From positions 480,001-544,000 of the forward strand of contig CAVPOC010000003.1 in assembly GCA_963706955.1 (NCBI GenBank): 64,000 nt of DNA, written 5' to 3'. Positions within the stretch are counted from its first letter, which is position 1. Every line of letters begins with the position of its first letter. Below are positions 21,462 to 31,197 of this stretch, one piece after another. Origin of the DNA: an uncultured Verrucomicrobiae bacterium (GTDB lineage Bacteria; Verrucomicrobiota; Verrucomicrobiia; Chthoniobacterales; Terrimicrobiaceae). The notes beneath the pieces were generated by a model that saw only the letters and a list, made by a program, of their open reading frames with translations, was not told where the DNA came from and did no database searches. Both the position numbers and the translations under genes were made by a program.

Positions 21462-21665
21462 CGGCGTGCGGCGGCGGACTTTTGGGTTCACGATGCTCAC
21501 ACCGCTGGGATACTTTCCCCTGAAAGGAGCGTTGTCAAACGACGCCGACCATCTCATGGGCTTGACGGGCCATCTGAAATCGTTCCCCCTTCCGAAAAGA
21601 ACCGGATCAGTGTCCTGGGAGCTTTCCCTCTTTCGTTGTAGGTTTAGATCCTCTCAGGAAATTTT

Positions 21666-22067
21666 ATGCCGACGCCATCCGAATACCTGTTGTTGTTTCG
21701 CGGAACCCAATGGCACAAGGGGCTTTCTCCGGCCGAGATTCAGAAAGTGATGTCTCGATGGAGAGCATGGTACAACGCGCTGCAAACTCAGGGCAAGATG
21801 AAGGGCGGGCTGCCGCTTATGAACGAAGGAAAGATCATCTCCGGTGCCGGCGGACGATTTGTGACCGACGGTCCATTCACCGAATCGAAGGAGGCGATCG
21901 GAGGATACTTCTTGATCTGTGTGGACAACCTTGCCGAGGCGATCGAGATTGCCAGGCAATGCCCAGGGCTCGAGCATGGCGCGGTCGTCGAGATCCGTCC
22001 GGTAGCCCAGGAGTGCGCCGCCTCTGAACTTGTGCGCCAAAACGAGGGAACGTATGCGAACGCCTGA
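21666..22067 (+). CDS. YciI/DGPF-family protein
   Basis: TDGPFTESKEAIGGYF and VEIRPV motifs. Confidence 0.9.
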   Translation: MPTPSEYLLLFRGTQWHKGLSPAEIQKVMSRWRAWYNALQTQGKMKGGLPLMNEGKIISGAGGRFVTDGPFTESKEAIGGYFLICVDNLAEAIEIARQCPGLEHGAVVEIRPVAQECAASELVRQNEGTYANA

Positions 22068-23367
22068 TCCCAGCGAGACCCTTAACCCTCAAGCGTCCGA
22101 TATGCCCGAGGTCGTCGAAGATCTCTTCCGGCGGGAATGGGGTAAAATCGTCGCGACATTGACGAGGATCTTCGGCATTGAGCGACTTGCGCTCGCCGAA
22201 GATGTTGTCCAGGAGGCGCTGGCGAGAGCCCTGCAAACCTGGCCTTACTACGGCATTCCGGAAAATCCCTCCGCCTGGATCATGCGCGTCGCGCGAAACC
22301 TCGCCCTGGATCAAGCACGGCGAGAGGTCCGCTTCCGGAACAAACAAGAAGAGATCGCCGGATTCTTCGAGCGCTCCTTCGGCGACCCCCCGGTGGCGCA
22401 AGATGAGATCGAGGATGACCGATTGCGGATGATCTTCGTCTGTTGCCATCCTGAGATTCCACAGGAGGCTCAAGTGGCACTCGCATTGAGAACGCTCTGC
22501 GGATTCAACGTCGCCGAAATTGCCAACGCGTTCCTGACCAGCGAAGCGGCCATCGCCAAACGATTGACACGCGCAAAACAACGTATTCGTTCCGCGCGGA
22601 TCCCCTTCGAAATTCCTGCCGGACCAGAGCTAACCGCGCGCCTCAACGGAGTCCTCCAGACACTCTACTTGCTGTTTAATGAAGGCTACAAAGCTTCGGG
22701 CGGAGATCGATTGATCCGAGAAGAACTGTGTCACGAAGCGATCCGCCTAACCGACTTGGTCGCCAGGCATAGCGCCGGCAATCGACCACCAACGCACGCG
22801 CTGCTTGCTCTAATGTATCTTAATGCTGCGCGCCTGTCGGCACGCACCGATTCGGAGGGCCATATCCTTCGCCTCAAAGAACAGAATCGCTCACGATGGG
22901 ACAAGAGCATGATCGCCAAGGGGATGTTTCATCTTGCTCAGTCTGCAGCTGGCACCGAACTCAGCGTATATCATCTCCAGGCAGGCATTGCCGCGTGCCA
23001 CTGCGCCGCACCAGACGCCAAGTCGACGAACTGGCGCCAAATTCTCTCCCTCTACGATCGCCTTGTAGAGCTCGATGCCTCACCGATCGTCGCCCTGAAC
23101 CGGGCCGTCGCAGTAGCGCACGTCCACGGTCCAGCCGCGGGCATGTCGGCCATTAAATCCCTTCGCGATCGTAGAGAGCTTCAGTCCTACTATTTGCTTT
23201 ACGCTGTCCTTGGGGAATTCGAAGCGCAACTGCATCATCCTGAGGCTGCAGCGGCGTATTTCCGCAGGGCTCTCAAGCAAACCGGGATCGCGTCCGAACA
23301 GCAGTTGCTGCAAAAAAGACTCCGCGAATGCGAAAAGCAGATGGCCTCGGAAGTGACGGCGAGTTAA
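22054..23367 (+). CDS. ECF sigma factor with C-terminal TPR extension (ECF42-like)
   Basis: AEDVVQEAL, LRMIFVCCHP and LYLLFNEGY motifs; adjacent to a DGPF gene, as is typical for ECF42. Confidence 0.88.
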   Translation: MRTPDPSETLNPQASDMPEVVEDLFRREWGKIVATLTRIFGIERLALAEDVVQEALARALQTWPYYGIPENPSAWIMRVARNLALDQARREVRFRNKQEEIAGFFERSFGDPPVAQDEIEDDRLRMIFVCCHPEIPQEAQVALALRTLCGFNVAEIANAFLTSEAAIAKRLTRAKQRIRSARIPFEIPAGPELTARLNGVLQTLYLLFNEGYKASGGDRLIREELCHEAIRLTDLVARHSAGNRPPTHALLALMYLNAARLSARTDSEGHILRLKEQNRSRWDKSMIAKGMFHLAQSAAGTELSVYHLQAGIAACHCAAPDAKSTNWRQILSLYDRLVELDASPIVALNRAVAVAHVHGPAAGMSAIKSLRDRRELQSYYLLYAVLGEFEAQLHHPEAAAAYFRRALKQTGIASEQQLLQKRLRECEKQMASEVTAS

Positions 23368-23497
23368 GCCAATCTCTCGACCCCTTCAGGCCAGTGCTTC
23401 CTTGTCTTTAGACGAGCCATTAGATAGCTTGGTCTGCGTGCCTTGAAATTGAGAGGCCAGCGTGCTTCCTGCGGCGCCTCGCTGAAGATCGGCTTGC

Positions 23498-24515
23498 ATG
23501 AACCTTCGTCCGCTGCGTGTTGTCCTCCTGGTAATTCCTCCGGTTCGCGAGCTCGACCTCGTCGGAATTGTCGATGTATTCGCGACGGCCAACACGTTTT
23601 TACCATCCGACCGCCACTATCATCTGGAACTGGTCACCTCCAGCACCCAGAAGACGATTCAAGGTATGTGCGGGCTGCAGTTTACCGGCGCACGTCATTA
23701 CTCCACGCTGGAGGGCGAAATCGACACCTTGCTAGTCCCCGGCGTGCAACCGGAGAAGGTCCAGCTTTCGCCGGCGGTCCTGCGGTGGTTTCGATCACGG
23801 GCTCGCAAATGCCGTCGGGTGGGATCGATCTGTACTGGCGCCTATATCTTGGCTCAAGCTGGTCTTCTTGATGGTAAACGAGCGGCGACTCACTGGGCGT
23901 TCGTTAACGAATTCTCCTCTCGCTTCCCAAATGTCTCGATCGACGGCGACCCGATCTGGATACGCGACGGCAACATCTACAGCTCGGCGGGGGTGACTTC
24001 GGGCATCGATCTTAGCCTCGCCCTGGTCGAGGAGGACCATGGACAAAAAGTCGCCCTTGAAGTTGCGCGCATGTTGGTGGTTTTTCTCTGCCGGCCCGGA
24101 AATCAAGCGCAATTTAGTGTGTCGCTTCGCGAACAACGCACCGACAACCGGCCTCTTCGTGACCTGCAGGTTTGGATCGTCGAAAACCTGCAGAGGGATC
24201 TTTCAACACCGGCCTTGGCTGCTCGGGTCGCCATGAGCGAGCGCAACTTCCAGCGGGTCTTTACCAGGGAAATCGGAAAACCGCCCGCCCTCTATGTCGA
24301 GGAGATCCGCCTGGAAGCCGTGCGGCGAAAGCTCGAAAGGTACTAACCGCGGATTAGAAGAAATCGCGTCTGTCTGTGGCTTCAACAGCGCGGATGTTAT
24401 GAGCCGGTCGTTTCAGCGCCATCTCCAAACGACCCCGGCAGAGTATCGTGCCCGCTTTCGCACCAGCGGCGCGCAGCCTCTTTCGAGGCAGAGAAAAGAG
24501 CCAAAAAATTCCTGA
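23498..24515 (+). CDS. GlxA-type AraC regulator (DJ-1/PfpI + HTH), frameshift near 24340
   Basis: SICTGA, ATHW and SAGVTSGIDL motifs; the second HTH (GLEEIASVCGF...TTPAEYR) continues in another frame. Confidence 0.88.
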
Positions 24516-24561
24516 GCAATTTTCGGGGAGTGGGAAACCGAATAGCGGGCGATGTATTTTC

Positions 24562-24621
24562 TGTAGCGGCGGCGTCCCCGCCGCCGGAAAGACCCTCGAC
24601 CGTGGGGACACGGTCGCTACA
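24562..24621. repeat. GTAG-type REP doublet (REPIN-like), family B
   Basis: tgtagcggcggcgtccccgccgcc...gaccgtggggacacggtcgctaca. Confidence 0.85.
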
Positions 24622-24752
24622 ACAGAAGCGTGGGACCGCAGGACGGCGTTGCTACCGCGGCTCGGAACACGCCTGACCCAAAGCAGGCTCATCCGGCTTG
24701 TGGGTTTCGCCCCAAAAGGTAGACTGGCCGGCGACGGCCCCCGAATCCAGCG

Positions 24753-26858
24753 ATGCAAACGCCTCCGTGCAAGACTACCCTCGGCGAGCCCTATCCGCTC
24801 GGCGCTATTCCCTCGAAGGGCGGTGTAAATTTTTCGCTGTTCGCGCAACATGCTACGTCGGTGCAGTTGCTCTTATTCGAGAGTTATTCTGATTCCGTCC
24901 CGCAGCAGGTGGTCAACTTGCATCCGGTTCTGAATAAAACGTTTCATTATTGGCATGTCTTTGTCGAGGGAGTCAGTCCAGGGCAGCTCTACGCGTATCG
25001 ACTGGGTGGACCTTACGATCTTAGCCAGGGCTTTCGTTACAACCAGAATAAGGTCTTGCTCGATCCCTATTCACGCGGCGTGGTCTATGGGCGGAACTGG
25101 CGCCGCGATCTCGCCTGCGATGGTTCAGACAATTGTCAGAGCGTCATGAAAAGCCTCGTGGTGGACGCAGACATTTACGACTGGGAGGGCGTGGAAGGAC
25201 CCGACCTTCACCTTTCCGATTGCGTGATTTATGAACTGCACGTCCGCGGCTTTACGCAACATCCTTCTTCCGGAGTCGCCCACCCCGGGACCTTCAGTGG
25301 TTTGATCGAGAAGATTCCCTACCTACAGGAGCTTGGGGTTAATTGCGTTGAACTCATGCCCGTTCACCAGTTTGACTCGACAGAAAGTGCCGCCACTCAC
25401 CCCGAAACGGGCGAACGGCTTACCAACTACTGGGGCTACAACTCGATCTGCTTTTTCGCTCCACATCGCGGCTATTACACGGCCGATTGGGAGAAGATGG
25501 AATACCTGACAGGTTTTCGGGACCTCGTGAAGGCGCTTCACAAGGCGAACATCGAGATCATTCTCGATGTGGTTTTCAACCATACCAGCGAAAGTGACGA
25601 AACCGGTCCGACCATTTGCATGAGGGGAATAGACAACTCGGTCTATTACATGCTCGATCCAGACGACCGCTCACGCTACCTAAACTACACGGGGACCGGC
25701 AACACGGTGAACTGCAATCATCCCGCGGTGCGCCGGATGATCCTCGAGTGCCTGCGCTACTGGGTCGGCGTGATGCACGTGGACGGTTTTCGTTTCGATC
25801 TTGCCTCCATTCTCTCCCGCGACGAACTAGGCCGCCCGATGCAAAATCCTCCGCTCCTTTGGGAAATCGAATCCGATCCCGTTCTTCACAACGCCAAAAT
25901 CTTTGCCGAAGCCTGGGACGCGGCCGGGCTGTATCAAGTCGGAGGCTTCCCGGGCGAACGATGGGCCGAATGGAACGGGCGCTATCGCGACGACGTCCGA
26001 AGATTCATCCGAGGCGACGAAGGACTCGCCGGGACAGTCGCCTCGCGAGTGGCCGGAAGTGCCGACCTCTACCAGCATCTCGCCCGTGCGCCTTATCAGA
26101 GCATCAACTTCGTGACCTGCCATGACGGCTTCACCCTCAACGACCTCGTTTCTTACAACCGGAAGCACAACCTTGCGAACGGCGAAGGTGACCGGGATGG
26201 ATCGAATGACAATCTTAGCTCAAACTATGGAGTAGAGGGTCCCACGCAGGACCAACAGATCGATTCCCTCAGGTTGCGTCAGATCAAGAATTTTGCTGCC
26301 ATCCTGCTGCTTTCGCAGGGAACACCGATGCTGCTGGCAGGCGATGAGTTTCGCCGCACGCAACGAGGAAACAACAACGCCTATTGCCAGGATAACGAGA
26401 CGAGTTGGCTAGATTGGACGCTACTGGAAAAGCACCGGGAGTTGTTTCGCTTTTTCAAGCTAATGATCAAGTTTCGCTTGAGGCATCCCGCTCTAAGACG
26501 AAGACAATACTACTGGGGGGAGAAAGATCGCCACGGCTGTCCCGAAATCGCCTGGCACGGCGTCCAACTCGAGAACCCCGACTGGGGCCATCAATCACAC
26601 TCTTTCGCGTTCACCTTGTCCGGCTTCGCAGTCGACGCGGACATCCACGTGATAATCAGCGCTTATACTGAAGCTCTCCGCTTCGAACTGCCACAGCCGC
26701 AACGCGGAGAGTGCTGGTTTCGCGCGATCGATACATCGTTGCCTTCTCCTGACGATGTTGCCGATGACGGAGAGGAAACCGCAATCCACGAAGCGACCTA
26801 TCAACTCGCGCCTCGATCTGTCGCCGTCCTGATTCAGCCGCCCTCTACCGCAGTATAA
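24753..26858 (+). CDS. glgX: Glycogen debranching enzyme / isoamylase
   Basis: NYWGYN, DVVFNHT, DGFRFDLAS, AEAWD, TCHDGFTL and GNNNAYCQDN motifs. Confidence 0.95.
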   Translation: MQTPPCKTTLGEPYPLGAIPSKGGVNFSLFAQHATSVQLLLFESYSDSVPQQVVNLHPVLNKTFHYWHVFVEGVSPGQLYAYRLGGPYDLSQGFRYNQNKVLLDPYSRGVVYGRNWRRDLACDGSDNCQSVMKSLVVDADIYDWEGVEGPDLHLSDCVIYELHVRGFTQHPSSGVAHPGTFSGLIEKIPYLQELGVNCVELMPVHQFDSTESAATHPETGERLTNYWGYNSICFFAPHRGYYTADWEKMEYLTGFRDLVKALHKANIEIILDVVFNHTSESDETGPTICMRGIDNSVYYMLDPDDRSRYLNYTGTGNTVNCNHPAVRRMILECLRYWVGVMHVDGFRFDLASILSRDELGRPMQNPPLLWEIESDPVLHNAKIFAEAWDAAGLYQVGGFPGERWAEWNGRYRDDVRRFIRGDEGLAGTVASRVAGSADLYQHLARAPYQSINFVTCHDGFTLNDLVSYNRKHNLANGEGDRDGSNDNLSSNYGVEGPTQDQQIDSLRLRQIKNFAAILLLSQGTPMLLAGDEFRRTQRGNNNAYCQDNETSWLDWTLLEKHRELFRFFKLMIKFRLRHPALRRRQYYWGEKDRHGCPEIAWHGVQLENPDWGHQSHSFAFTLSGFAVDADIHVIISAYTEALRFELPQPQRGECWFRAIDTSLPSPDDVADDGEETAIHEATYQLAPRSVAVLIQPPSTAV

Positions 26859-26924
26859 GAGATTCTTGGAGGCCGACTGGAGGGCACGTTGTTGCTGAGC
26901 ACACCTTAGGTCCCGATCGGTCTC

Positions 26925-27106
26925 GGGGAGCATACCCGTCCCGGGTGTACTTGTCCGGCTTCCACGCCGGACAAACCTCTAGAGATGGAAAGGTGATATC
27001 GCCGCTGTGTCCATGGGCATTAGAGCTTGCCTGCGTTCGCACTGATTGAACCTACGCTCGTGCCCGGCGAGACCCCGGGCGACACCCCCGGGACGGGTGT
27101 GCTCCG
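26925..27106. repeat. Family A palindromic element (long form)
   Basis: ggggagcatacccgtcccggg...cccgggacgggtgtgctcc, between convergent genes. Confidence 0.8.
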
Positions 27107-27141
27107 ACCAGGTAGATCGGAGCCTTCAATCGATCGTTCCC

Positions 27142-27993
27142 TCAGAAGAAGGCGGGTGGGCGCGAGCCAGGGCCGCTGGTCGGACGATATCCTCGAAAGC
27201 TTTCAACAACAAAGGTCTTGGGATATTTCTCCAGAGGCGAGGGCAAGTCTGGACCATCGGCAAACTCGAAGATGTCCAACATGAACTGCATTGGATAGGA
27301 AGGAGATTGGCGGACGACCTTAATCAGCTGATCGTCAACATAGAAAGCAACAAGCTCCGGCCTCCATTCGGCCGCGTAGGTGTGCGATTGCCGGGCGTCG
27401 ATCTCGACCACCTCCGCTGAGAACTCGTCTCGGATCTTCGGATCCCCGAAAGGATGAAGACCCATTCCGACACGGCACTGACGCGGGCCGACGTCGCGTC
27501 CGAATATCTCGCAGATACAAATTTCCGCCGAGTGGGTCGGCTCATCCTCGTAGCCGATCATCCAAAGAGCTACCATGTTCGCAGGATCATCAAGGGCGCG
27601 GGCCTGCAGTTCAAAAAGGCCATACCTGGGAGTATAGAGAGCGCGATTCTCTTGGGCTTCGCGGACAACAAGCCCTTTGCGAAAATGATGTTGTCCCGTT
27701 GTGCTACCAACCGGTCCCGCGAATAGTCCGGTCTGCAGCGACGAGACGCGCAGATAACCGGTGTCCTCCACAGGCCACGGCTCCTGGTCAGCCTCGATGA
27801 ACAAGCGGAGCGTCCCCTCGCCAAGAGCATAGCGGGCGGCCGAAGCTGCACGAGAGCTCCACTGTGGCAGGTAGTATGGAATCCATAGCTGCTCGTTTAG
27901 CACCGATACATCGAAGCGGTCCTCCACCTCCAGCTCGTAGCCAGTTCGATCCAAAATCGACGCGGCTCGGCGCCGCTCCGGTTTATTGCTCAT
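27142..27993 (-). CDS. GH16-like (concanavalin fold) protein
   Basis: YGLFELQARA, ALWM, EICICE in place of EIDIME, HTYAAEW and FYVD motifs. Confidence 0.7.
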   Translation of the reverse strand: MSNKPERRRAASILDRTGYELEVEDRFDVSVLNEQLWIPYYLPQWSSRAASAARYALGEGTLRLFIEADQEPWPVEDTGYLRVSSLQTGLFAGPVGSTTGQHHFRKGLVVREAQENRALYTPRYGLFELQARALDDPANMVALWMIGYEDEPTHSAEICICEIFGRDVGPRQCRVGMGLHPFGDPKIRDEFSAEVVEIDARQSHTYAAEWRPELVAFYVDDQLIKVVRQSPSYPMQFMLDIFEFADGPDLPSPLEKYPKTFVVESFRGYRPTSGPGSRPPAFF

Positions 27994-28098
27994 GCTTTCC
28001 TGCTTCCTCCAGCTGCTCTCCTGAGAATATCACCTCGTGCCAGCGTTTGCACGACCTCTCCGGTGCGGGATGGTGACTTCACCGTTAAGGGCCTTTCT

Positions 28099-28158
28099 TG
28101 TAGCGACCATGTCCCCACGGTCGAGGGCCTTTCCGGCGGTGGGGACACCGCCGCTACA
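28099..28158. repeat. GTAG-type REP doublet, family B, inverted relative to the 24562 copy
   Basis: Its reverse complement matches 24562-24621 at 56 of 60 positions. Confidence 0.85.
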
Positions 28159-28504
28159 AAAAAGGGTCTTCAAATGGCAGTCCTATAAGTTTGAGGTGTA
28201 GGGGCGCTGCGACACCGAGCCACTTGTCACTGCATACTCCCACCTCGACTCTTCGTGAGTCTCAGTCGTCACTCTTTAGTCGTCTGGTGCGCGACTGCTT
28301 ATAAGTTACCGCAGATGATCGCATACGCAGCGTCTATGCTCTTGGACACTTACGAGCGCCCGCCATGCTTAGCGTGCGAATATTTCTTCATCGCGTCAGG
28401 GATTTAGCGCCGTTCGAAAAAGCTTGTATTAGCCTGAGCGGATTGCTAAACATAATCTCAAGTCGGGCCTACGTGTCGTGTGTCGTTCAACCAACCGACT
28501 GGAC

Positions 28505-30646
28505 ATGAAGCATTTTCGAGTTCTTCTCGCGCAATCGTGCGGACTGACGGCTGCCTTAGCTGTGGCGACGAGTTCCTGGAGCGCGCCGGTCGATGAAGCA
28601 AAGGCTGAGGGAAAGACGCCCGCCGACTTCCCAAAGATCACCGAGGACGTCTTTAAGCCAATGGATCAAGGGGCGATTATTGGGGAATTGACCGAAGAGG
28701 AAATTCGCGGGCGGAATACCTGGAACCTGTGGGCCGCGGGCAATCAGCATTTTTGGGACAGCGTAGCTCGTAATAGCTACGGACTTATGGATCTACTTAA
28801 GGCGCTCGACAATCGCAAGTATCCACGCGGAGAGCGTTTCAAGACGCTCGGGCTGGTCAATCAACCCGGCTTTCGGGCTGCGACGAAGCCTGACGAATAT
28901 GGCCTTTGGCTAGACGAACCGACCGAACCCGAACCAGCGGGCATCGACGAAAAAGTCTATGGAAAGCCGACCGGCGTTCTCGGTTTCAGGTTGTTCCCGA
29001 ATCCGGATTTCGACAGAGCCGCTCGCAAGAAATGGGATGGCGAGCGCTTTATGAACGACCCGAAGTACTATAACGATAACAAGCTCGTCCGACCGTATCG
29101 CGTCGGGGTGTCGTGCGGTTCGTGCCATATTGCCCCCAACCCGATCAATCCGCCGGAGGATCCCGAAAATCCGAAATGGGAGAACCTCGCCTCAGCCATT
29201 GGCAACCAGTACATAAGCGAAGGCCGAGTCTTCGCCTCCAACGTCGCCAAGGGGGGCCTCTTCTACGAAATGATTGAGGCGCAACCGCGCGGGACATCGG
29301 ATACCTCACGGATTGCCACCGATCACATCAACAATCCGAATACGATCAACGCCATCTTTCTCCTTGCTGAACGCGAAAGAATTGCTGTGAACGAGCAAAT
29401 GGCCGGAGGCACGCTCGCCTTACCGGGAGAGAAGGCCACCATGCCGGTTCCACACATCTTGAAGGACGGAGCGGATTCTGTCGGCGTGCCGGGTGCCACC
29501 ATCCGGGTATACATAAATATCGGGATGTTCTCCGAGTATTGGCTGACGCTTCACAATCGCCTGATCGGTCTCACGCCGCAGAGTCCGTTTGACGTCGCAA
29601 CCGCTCAGAAGAATTCTGTTTTCTGGCGCGCGACCGAGGAGCGCCTAGGCGATATCGCCGCCTTCTTTCGCAGGCTGCACCCGTTTCATCTCAAAGACGC
29701 GCCAGGCGGCAACGAGCTAATTGCAAGTGACGAAACGGCGATGACTCGCGGCAAGATCGTCTTTGCCGAAAACTGCGCTAGCTGCCATTCGAGCAAGCAA
29801 CCGCCGGCCAACGTTGATCCGCACTCAGGAGAAGGTAGGGCATGGTTCCGGGCCGAAGTCGTCAAACCCGATTTTCTCGAGGACAATTTCCTTTCCACAG
29901 ATCGCCGGTATCCGATTTCCAAAATCGAAACCAATTCGGCGCGCGCGTTTGGAACGAATGCCCAGGCCGGCCATGTTTGGGACAACTTCTCCTCGAAAAC
30001 CTACAAGGATCTCGCCAAAGTCGAGGAGCAGGAATGGTACAATCCTTTTGACGAGAACAACCGCATCAAATTCAAACCCAAGGGCGGTGGTCCCGGTTAC
30101 TATCGCGTGCCCTCGCTGGTCAGTATCTGGACTTCGGCGCCGTTCTTCAACAACAACGCTCTTGGAGAGTTCACCGGCGATCCCTCAGTCGCAGGGCGCA
30201 TAAAGGCATTCAACGATGCAGTCGAAAAGCTCCTTTGGCCCGAAAGGCGACTCGGCAAAGACTCGATCTGGCGCACGCAAAACGAGTGTGCGCTCAGCCT
30301 CCGCAAGGAATTTGTGCCACTGGCGCTCCGTCCCTTAGCGGACGCTGATGGGTGGATTCGCATTGGGCCAATTCCGAAAGGCACTCCCATCAATCTGCTG
30401 GCGAATCTTGAGCCGGACTTCAAGCAACTCGTTGTGCTCAAAATCAAGATCAGCAAGGCGTTGGCAAAAATCCATGCACTGAATCTCTCACCGGAAGCCT
30501 CAACCGCCGAGCTCGTGAAGCTTGTTCCCGAGCTTCTCGCCGCCAACAAATGCCCCGACTTTATCGAAGACAAGGGCCACTATTTTGGAGACACCCTGCC
30601 TGACGAGGACAAGCTCGCGCTGATCGAGTTTCTAAAAACCATGTAA
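28505..30646 (+). CDS. Exported di-heme cytochrome c protein (RoxA/bacterial CCP-superfamily-like)
   Basis: Signal peptide, two heme-c motifs CGSCH and CASCH, and C-terminal YRVPSLVSIWTSAPF. Confidence 0.8.
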   Translation: MKHFRVLLAQSCGLTAALAVATSSWSAPVDEAKAEGKTPADFPKITEDVFKPMDQGAIIGELTEEEIRGRNTWNLWAAGNQHFWDSVARNSYGLMDLLKALDNRKYPRGERFKTLGLVNQPGFRAATKPDEYGLWLDEPTEPEPAGIDEKVYGKPTGVLGFRLFPNPDFDRAARKKWDGERFMNDPKYYNDNKLVRPYRVGVSCGSCHIAPNPINPPEDPENPKWENLASAIGNQYISEGRVFASNVAKGGLFYEMIEAQPRGTSDTSRIATDHINNPNTINAIFLLAERERIAVNEQMAGGTLALPGEKATMPVPHILKDGADSVGVPGATIRVYINIGMFSEYWLTLHNRLIGLTPQSPFDVATAQKNSVFWRATEERLGDIAAFFRRLHPFHLKDAPGGNELIASDETAMTRGKIVFAENCASCHSSKQPPANVDPHSGEGRAWFRAEVVKPDFLEDNFLSTDRRYPISKIETNSARAFGTNAQAGHVWDNFSSKTYKDLAKVEEQEWYNPFDENNRIKFKPKGGGPGYYRVPSLVSIWTSAPFFNNNALGEFTGDPSVAGRIKAFNDAVEKLLWPERRLGKDSIWRTQNECALSLRKEFVPLALRPLADADGWIRIGPIPKGTPINLLANLEPDFKQLVVLKIKISKALAKIHALNLSPEASTAELVKLVPELLAANKCPDFIEDKGHYFGDTLPDEDKLALIEFLKTM

Positions 30647-30702
30647 AGCCGACCCGCAGGTATCGCAATCAATTTGGCAAATCTCCACACACAGGCACAG
30701 CA

Positions 30703-31158
30703 ATGACTATCGCCGAACTCAAGAAACTGTCGCAGCAGGAACTCGATGACCTTTTCCGTCAAAAGCCAGCCGGCCCGATTCCAAATGGTGAAGCGAAGGG
30801 AACTGCGCTCGTCCTTCCGGGCACGGCGGTCACCAACATTATCGCCGACCTCATCCGAATCAAAATTTGGAAAGGCAAAGTCTTCGAGAGAGATGCCAAG
30901 AACTCGGATCGCGGCGTTCTCAAGAACAAGATCCTTCCACTCGGCCACCAGGCGATCGAAGCAAATGTTTACAAGGACAAGAGCTGGTTCGATGGCAAGG
31001 AGTGCGTCGTCCTCGATTACTCGAAGACCTCTTTGATCGCGAAAAAAATCCGGGACGAGATTCGGGAGATTCAGCCCGGTTTCTACCTGGGAATTGTCTA
31101 CTGGGGCAAGAAACGCACCATCGGCTTTGCGTTGGAATTCCCTACTTCACGCACTTAG
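30703..31158 (+). CDS. Hypothetical protein of the heme-enzyme operon
   Basis: Clean 151-aa ORF in operon context with WKGKVF, VLDYS and IRDEIREI segments. Confidence 0.75.
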   Translation: MTIAELKKLSQQELDDLFRQKPAGPIPNGEAKGTALVLPGTAVTNIIADLIRIKIWKGKVFERDAKNSDRGVLKNKILPLGHQAIEANVYKDKSWFDGKECVVLDYSKTSLIAKKIRDEIREIQPGFYLGIVYWGKKRTIGFALEFPTSRT

Positions 31159-31197
31159 CCAGAAGCGCTCCGCCAGATCCGAGTTGATTTTTCCACC

